Shown piece after piece: positions 58,796-64,000 of a stretch of DNA of 64,000 nt. The position numbers and the translations under genes are program-made. Below the pieces are notes generated by a model. The model was given only the letters and a program-made list of their open reading frames with translations. It ran no database searches and was not told the origin of the DNA. The DNA is from Pseudomonadota bacterium (lineage in GTDB: Bacteria; Pseudomonadota; Alphaproteobacteria; Micavibrionales; UBA2020), in assembly GCA_021845905.1 (NCBI GenBank), contig JAJZVA010000002.1, forward strand, positions 76,577 through 140,576. The letters run 5' to 3'. How positions within the stretch are numbered: position 1 is the stretch's first letter; every line of letters begins with the position of its first letter.

Positions 58796-59794
58796 TTATT
58801 GCTTATTTTGCTTTTCACCGGCGCGGCGCGCGCGGAGCCATTTGTCGATGTCGCGCTTATGTTGCTGTAATGTCTTGGCAAATGTGCTGCCGCCGGAGCC
58901 GTTGGCGACGAAATAGAAATCGTCCGTTTGCGCGGGATTCAAGGCGGCTTCCAATGCCGCGACGCCCGGATTGCAGATCGCGCCGGGCGGCAGCCCCGCG
59001 ACGGCATAGGTGTTGTAGGGCGATTTTATTTTAAGGTCGGCGGCGGTGAGCGAACGCCCGAGCGGGTCTTGCCCCTGCGTCAGCGCGAAAATGACCGTCG
59101 GGTCGGATTGCAGCGGGATGCCGCGTTTCAGGCGGTTGTAAAAGACGCCGGCGATGCGCGCGCGGTCGGAGGCCCTGCCGGTTTCCTTCTCGACGATCGA
59201 GGCGAGGATCACGGCCTGCTGTTCGGTCACGGGCAGATTGGGCGCGCGTTTGGTCCACAGCGCGGCCATTTCCTCCTTCATCGCCGCCTGCATGCGGCGG
59301 ATGAGGCTCATGCGCGTGTCGCCGTAGGAAAAATCGTAAGTATTGGGCAGGAGGCTGCCCTCGGGTGGCATGGGCGCGATGGCGCCGGCAAGCGCTTTTT
59401 CATTGTCGAGAATGCGCACGATGTCCGGCGAGGTCAGCCCTTCCGGGATGGTGACTTTGCGCTGGTAGGTTTTGCCGCTTTGCAGCAGCGTGACGAGATC
59501 GAGGATGCTGATATGGGCGGGGATGTCGTATTCCCCCGCTTTCAGCGGCGCGATGCGGCCTTGCAGCCGCGCTTCGATGCGAAACGCGCGGGCGCTGCCG
59601 ATGACGTCTTCTTTTTCCAGCGCGCGCGCCATGACGCCTGTCGCCGTGCCGGGCGGAATATACACAAGTTTTTGCGCGGGCAACGGCCCTTGCGCGTTGA
59701 TCGCCGCGTCGAACCAGTGCGCGGCGGCGAAGACGAAAGCAAGGACGATGACGACCGCGGCGAGCAGCAGGCCTTTTACGGCGGACATTCTCAC
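58796..59794 (-). CDS. mltG: endolytic murein transglycosylase (YceG-like)
   Basis: 332 aa; N-terminal TM; ..ASIVEKETG...R..IAGVFYNRL..GIPLQSDPTV.., ..YNTY...GLPPGAICNPG. Confidence 0.92.
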   Translation of the reverse strand: MRMSAVKGLLLAAVVIVLAFVFAAAHWFDAAINAQGPLPAQKLVYIPPGTATGVMARALEKEDVIGSARAFRIEARLQGRIAPLKAGEYDIPAHISILDLVTLLQSGKTYQRKVTIPEGLTSPDIVRILDNEKALAGAIAPMPPEGSLLPNTYDFSYGDTRMSLIRRMQAAMKEEMAALWTKRAPNLPVTEQQAVILASIVEKETGRASDRARIAGVFYNRLKRGIPLQSDPTVIFALTQGQDPLGRSLTAADLKIKSPYNTYAVAGLPPGAICNPGVAALEAALNPAQTDDFYFVANGSGGSTFAKTLQQHKRDIDKWLRARRAGEKQNKQ

Positions 59795-61080
59795 GGGGCG
59801 GCCTTGAAGATCAGGCAGGCATTGGTGCCCCCGAAGCCGAAGGAGTTGGAGAGCGCGGTTTTGATGTTGCGTTCTTTGGCCTTGAGCGGCACGAGGTCCA
59901 GAAATTGTCCGTTTCCGAGGGCCGCGACGTCCGACGGGTCTTCAAGGTTGAGCGTCGGCGGGATGACGCCGGTTTGCAGCGCTTTGATGCTGTAAATCGC
60001 CTCGACCGCGCCCGCCGCGCCGAGCAGGTGGCCGATGGCGGATTTGGTCGAAGAGATGCTGATGTTTTTGGTGTTGCCGCCGAACAGGCGCTTGATCGCG
60101 GTCAGCTCGATGTCGTCGCCGAGCGGCGTGGAGGTGCCGTGGGCGTTGATGTAGTCGATGTCTTCGGGGTTGATGGCCGCGCGCCGCAACGCCGCCTTCA
60201 TCGCCCTGTACCCGCCGTCGCCGTCGTCGGCGGGCGAGGTGACGTGGTGCGCGTCGCCCGACATGCCGTAGCCGGTCAGTTCGGCGTAAATCTTCGCGCC
60301 GCGCTTCCTGGCGTGTTCGTATTCTTCCAAAACAACGCAGCCCGCGCCTTCGCCGATGACAAACCCGTCTCTATCTTTGTCGAACGGGCGCGAGGCCTTT
60401 TCGGGCGCGTCGTTGAATCCGGTGGAGAGCGCGCGGCAGGCGGCAAATCCGCCCACGCCGATGCGGCAGATCGCCGCTTCCGCGCCGCCCGCGACCATCA
60501 CGTCGGCGTCATCGAGCATGATCAGCCGCGCGGCATCGCCGAGCGCGTGCGATCCGGTGGCGCAGGCGGTGACGACCGCGTGGTTCGGGCCTTTGAACTT
60601 GTATTTGATCGAGACGTTGCCGGAGATGAGGTTGATCAGCGAAGAAGGAATAAAAAAGGGAGAAATGCGTCTTGGCCCTTTCTCCTGCATCGTGACGGTG
60701 GTGTTCTGGATGTTGACGAGGCCGCCGATGCCCGAGCCGATCAAAACGCCGGTGCGGCAGCGCTCTTCCTCGCCCTCCGGTTTCCAGCCGCTGTCCTCGA
60801 CCGCGTCGACCGCCGCCACGTATCCGTAGTGGATGAAGCGGTCCATCTTCTTTTGTTCTTTGGGGTCGATGTAGGCGTTGATGTCGAGAGAACCGGCGCC
60901 CGCATCCGCTTCTCCGGCCAGCGGCACTTCGCCCGCGATTTGCGACGGCAGGTCTGACGCGTCAAAGGTGCGGATCTTGCGCAGGCCCGACTTGCCGGAC
61001 GTGAGCGCGGCCCAGTTGTGGTCCGCCCCCAAACCCAGCGGGCTGACGATGCCGATGCCTGTGACGACGACGCGCCTCAT
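59791..61080 (-). CDS. fabF: beta-ketoacyl-ACP synthase II
   Basis: 429 aa; MRRVVVTGIGIVSPLG.., active-site ..VVTACATGSHA.., ..NAHGTSTP.., ..NSFGFGGTNA. Confidence 0.96.
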   Translation of the reverse strand: MRRVVVTGIGIVSPLGLGADHNWAALTSGKSGLRKIRTFDASDLPSQIAGEVPLAGEADAGAGSLDINAYIDPKEQKKMDRFIHYGYVAAVDAVEDSGWKPEGEEERCRTGVLIGSGIGGLVNIQNTTVTMQEKGPRRISPFFIPSSLINLISGNVSIKYKFKGPNHAVVTACATGSHALGDAARLIMLDDADVMVAGGAEAAICRIGVGGFAACRALSTGFNDAPEKASRPFDKDRDGFVIGEGAGCVVLEEYEHARKRGAKIYAELTGYGMSGDAHHVTSPADDGDGGYRAMKAALRRAAINPEDIDYINAHGTSTPLGDDIELTAIKRLFGGNTKNISISSTKSAIGHLLGAAGAVEAIYSIKALQTGVIPPTLNLEDPSDVAALGNGQFLDLVPLKAKERNIKTALSNSFGFGGTNACLIFKAAP

Positions 61081-61107
61081 GTCTTCCTCTCCGGTTTCAT
61101 CATAAAA

Positions 61108-61142
61108 ATGGCTCCGGTTCTTTTGAAAAGAAAAGGAGCCAT
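61108..61142 (-). terminator. hairpin between acpP and fabF (possible attenuator or terminator)
   Basis: ATGGCTCC..19 nt..GGAGCCAT; on the minus strand followed by TTTT. Confidence 0.35.
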
Positions 61143-61179
61143 TTTAAAAACAGGTTGTCGCAAAACAAGGCCGCGCTGG

Positions 61180-61422
61180 TTAGGCGGCTTTCGCGTTCTG
61201 CTGGATGAAGGAGATCGCGTCCTTCACCGTCTGGATCTTCTCGGCGGCGTCGTCGGGGATTTCGATGCCGAATTCCTCTTCGAAGGCCATGACCAGCTCG
61301 ACCGTGTCGAGGCTGTCGGCGCCGAGATCGTCGATGAAGCTGGCGCTGTCGGTAACCTTGGCGGCGTCAACGCCCAGATGTTCGACGACGATTTTCTTGA
61401 CGCGTTCGCTGATATCGCTCAT
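61180..61422 (-). CDS. acpP: acyl carrier protein
   Basis: 80 aa; phosphopantetheine site [13 protein letters not shown]. Confidence 0.96.
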   Translation of the reverse strand: MSDISERVKKIVVEHLGVDAAKVTDSASFIDDLGADSLDTVELVMAFEEEFGIEIPDDAAEKIQTVKDAISFIQQNAKAA

Positions 61423-61574
61423 GTATCTTTACCCTTTGTGGTTTACGTTAAAGCCTGTTTTCTTGTATTGGAAAACCGATAGCATACTCGTTTGCGCTTG
61501 GCAAACCTAGAATGTTAATTTTCATAAAATATAAATTCAGGATTGGCGCGGCTTGGAAGCTTTTTAACAAGACG

Positions 61575-62669
61575 TCATTTGAAAAGCAGGGCGCGGATCT
61601 TTTTCCAGCCGCGCGACGCGGCGGGTTTCGGCGACGGATTTTCCTTGAGCGTGCGTTTTTTATCCATTGCGACGGAGGCATCGAGGATAAATCCGCTGTC
61701 TTTTTCGTGTTGCGCAAGTTCTTTTTGCAGGACGTTGAACTGGGCGAAAGCCGTGGATGCGGGATCGTCAGCGATTATTTTCGCGATCTTTTCCTGTATA
61801 TCGGCGTCATCAAGGAGGCGTCTGCCCGCGCGGTAGATGTCGTCGTTATCCTTGTGCGCGCGCATGGCGCGTGCAACTGCTTCCAGAGTTTCGGCGAATT
61901 CTTCGGGCGTGGCTTTTTTTTGATAGAGTTTCTTCGTTTCCCCATAAATCTCGCCAATTTTTTCCACGGTCGCTTCGTTCAGCGCGTAATCCTCCGCGAT
62001 GCGCGCCGCCAGCTCGGCCGTTTGTTGTAGCGAGAGAGATGCGATCTCGATTTCGCCTTCATCCACGATGCGGGCGATTTTTTCGATGACGGCGGTGGTG
62101 TCGTGGATGGGTGGATTTTCTAACGCAACGCATCCTGCATGAACCCATTTCATATGGGGTATCATATCGGTTTCATCGCCGAAGCGCTGGATATGGCGGA
62201 GCGCCGCAAAGGCGTCTGCCACGCATTCGTTGTGATGGGCGGAATCACTGATCTGCTCAAGAATGTATTCGTCGTTTTCGAAATCTATATATATTCCCCT
62301 GCCTCCTCTTACAAGAAGGTGGCCCATCTCGTGGTCGAGAGAATGAAAATAATCCATTTCGCTGCTATAATGGGCGTAAGGAGAATAAAAATTTTTTTTC
62401 TCTCCAAGGGTGATGATATTCAGCAGTTGCTCTCCCGCATCGAATGCGCTGATCGAGGCGGCGGCATGATCACCTAACCGTTCATGTTTTTTCCGAACGG
62501 CCTCTTTGAACTCCTCCGGAAAAGCGGAGAGCAGCGGGGTCGTCTCCGGCGCGACATAGACCAGCTTTTTCTCGAACGCCATCACTAATCCCGCCATCCG
62601 CGCGGGGAAGGCGTCGTGATATTCCGCCGCGGCGTTGAAAATTTCTCTCAAGGGGAACGCGGCGGTCAC
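61575..62669 (-). CDS. hypothetical HExxH protein, paralog H1 (putative zincin-like)
   Basis: 364 aa; HEMGH; ..ECVADAFAALRHIQRFG.., ..PPIHDTTAV.., ..DIYRAGRR.., ..AQHEKDSGFILD..DKKR.. then basic tail. Confidence 0.65.
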   Translation of the reverse strand: MTAAFPLREIFNAAAEYHDAFPARMAGLVMAFEKKLVYVAPETTPLLSAFPEEFKEAVRKKHERLGDHAAASISAFDAGEQLLNIITLGEKKNFYSPYAHYSSEMDYFHSLDHEMGHLLVRGGRGIYIDFENDEYILEQISDSAHHNECVADAFAALRHIQRFGDETDMIPHMKWVHAGCVALENPPIHDTTAVIEKIARIVDEGEIEIASLSLQQTAELAARIAEDYALNEATVEKIGEIYGETKKLYQKKATPEEFAETLEAVARAMRAHKDNDDIYRAGRRLLDDADIQEKIAKIIADDPASTAFAQFNVLQKELAQHEKDSGFILDASVAMDKKRTLKENPSPKPAASRGWKKIRALLFK

Positions 62670-63661
62670 GGCGCGTTCCTTTCCGGCTTCGGCGCGGGCG
62701 GCGCTTTTCCTGCGGCGCGTTTTTTGTCCACAGCGAGGGCGGGATCGAGGATGAAGCCCGTTTCCTCCTCGTGCTGCGCCATCTTTCTGCGCAGGTTATA
62801 AAGCACGGCGTCGTGGGGCAGTTTGGCGGCGATCATGTCTTTCGTCTTTTTGCATTCGAAACAAAGCCTGCCCGCGCGGTAGATGTCTTCGTCATGCCTG
62901 TTGTCGAGCATGACTTCGGCGATGGTCTTGAAGATATCGCGCAGTTTTCCGCTGTCGGAGAGCGGCCGTTTGTCGGTTGCGACGATCCAGTTGACCGGCG
63001 CGAAAGCATCGCTGATCTTGCCGAGCGTCGCGTCGTCGAGCGCGTAGGCCGCGGCGATTTTGGCAGCGAGCGCGGCGGTTTTCTCCAGCGAGAGCCCGCG
63101 GATGTCGATCTTGCCGCCATCGTGCATGTTGCGGATTTTTTGCACCACGGCGCTGGTGTAATGGATCGGCGGGGGCGTTTCGAAAACCGCATGATGCGCC
63201 AGCTCCGCCGCGGCGTCTTCCGTCATCCCGCCGAAGCGCTGGATATGGCGCAAGGTCGCGAAGGCGTCGGCGGCGCATTCGCCCAGATGCGGCGAGGCTC
63301 CCAGCCCGTTTTCGACAATGAAGTGCCCGGCCTCATGTTCGGCGTCCTGTATCTGGCGGCGGATGTCGCGCTCTTGCGCGCCGGGTTTAAGATCTTTCAT
63401 CGCGATGTGGTTCACGGGAACGAAGCCGATGTAATCCCGCGCGGCGGCGGCGCAGGAGCCGCGCGCCTTCATCCAGTCGAGGCGTTCCTCGATTTTCTTT
63501 TCGGTCAGAGAGGGGTTTTTGGCGATAAAGTCTGCGATTTCCGGCGCGATGAAAATCCGTTCCGTTCCGAGCGTGACGAAGAGATTGGCGAGTTTTTCAG
63601 GAAAGGCCGCGCGGTAAGCGGCGGCGTTGAAGGCTTCCTTCAAAGAAAGCTTTCCGGTCAT
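62666..63661 (-). CDS. hypothetical HExxH protein, paralog H2
   Basis: 331 aa; HEAGH; ..ECAADAFATLRHIQRFG.., ..PPIHYTSAV.., ..DIYRAGRL.., ..AQHEEETGFILD..DKKR..; stop overlaps H1 start (ATGA). Confidence 0.65.
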   Translation of the reverse strand: MTGKLSLKEAFNAAAYRAAFPEKLANLFVTLGTERIFIAPEIADFIAKNPSLTEKKIEERLDWMKARGSCAAAARDYIGFVPVNHIAMKDLKPGAQERDIRRQIQDAEHEAGHFIVENGLGASPHLGECAADAFATLRHIQRFGGMTEDAAAELAHHAVFETPPPIHYTSAVVQKIRNMHDGGKIDIRGLSLEKTAALAAKIAAAYALDDATLGKISDAFAPVNWIVATDKRPLSDSGKLRDIFKTIAEVMLDNRHDEDIYRAGRLCFECKKTKDMIAAKLPHDAVLYNLRRKMAQHEEETGFILDPALAVDKKRAAGKAPPAPKPERNAP

Positions 63662-64000
63662 GGCCTGCCCCCTCCCGGCGCGGCGGGCGGTTTGCGCGCG
63701 GCCTGTTTTTCATGCGCCGCGCCGCCGTCAAGCGTGAAGCCGGTTTCCTTTTCGTGTTGCGCCATGCGGGCGGCCATGGCGCGGAAGGCGGGGTCGCGCT
63801 CGAGCATTTTTCTCGCCAGGGCCCTGACGTCGTCGCGGGCGAGAAACTGGCTGCCCGCGCGGTAGATGTCCGCATCGTTTCTATGTTCCAGCATGATGCC
63901 GGCGATGTCGCGGATGACGTCTGCGCCGCTGCCCGCGCTTTCTCCGCGCAGCACGGGACGGACGGGCGCATAGGCGGCGGCGATTTTTTCCAGCGTCGCG
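63658..64000 (-). CDS. hypothetical protein, paralog H3 (C-terminal part; 5' end beyond window)
   Basis: Frame stays open to the window edge (..ATLEKIAAAYAPV.. aligns with H2 ..ATLGKISDAFAPV..); ..DIYRAGSQ.., ..AQHEKETGFTLD..; stop overlaps H2 start. Confidence 0.6.
   Translation of the reverse strand, partial: ATLEKIAAAYAPVRPVLRGESAGSGADVIRDIAGIMLEHRNDADIYRAGSQFLARDDVRALARKMLERDPAFRAMAARMAQHEKETGFTLDGGAAHEKQAARKPPAAPGGGRP

Overview
64-kb chromosomal window from a visibly G+C-rich bacterium. Gene content and synteny look alphaproteobacterial: ispH-thrB(type II)-rnhA, hemC-hemD-Mic60-like, aroQ-accB-accC, xseB/ispA/dxs and a TrxR-type FNR. I call about 65 protein genes. I recognised no rRNA, tRNA, CRISPR array, transposase, integrase or reverse transcriptase. 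The backbone is housekeeping: gcvP, tkt, gap, class I fba, pheST, dxs, ispA, ispH, uppP, accBC, gpsA, tsaD, hemC/D, fabF and acpP. The unusual part is that conserved operons are repeatedly interrupted by short accessory insertions flanked by AT-rich DNA, encoding orphan or effector-like proteins. (1) At least three translationally coupled HExxH paralogs lie upstream of acpP (61575-64000, continuing off the window). (2) An islet at 32420-37103 holds an orphan Flp pilin, a 285-bp element bounded by inverted repeats, a pilin-like protein and a two-ring Clp/Hsp100 ATPase whose Clp_N domain is replaced by an unrecognised ~215-aa N-domain. (3) A protein-glutaminase-like Cys-His-Asp deamidase with a tightly linked 71-aa partner sits behind a palindrome-overlapped promoter, wedged with two orphans between hemC and hemD. 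(4) A membrane protein with eight CxxC zinc-knuckle motifs is paired with a secreted FecR-domain protein. (5) Two separate tandem pairs of ankyrin-like paralogs are present, one splitting xseB from ispA-dxs. (6) A Sel1-like islet is present. Two window-wide patterns stand out. Most accessory ORFs, but not the housekeeping ones, end in Lys/Arg/Pro-rich tails, a possible secretion or NLS-like signal. Six independent 23-27-bp tandem duplications sit exactly at gene or domain boundaries. All functional calls rest on motif recognition by eye and no database search was run.
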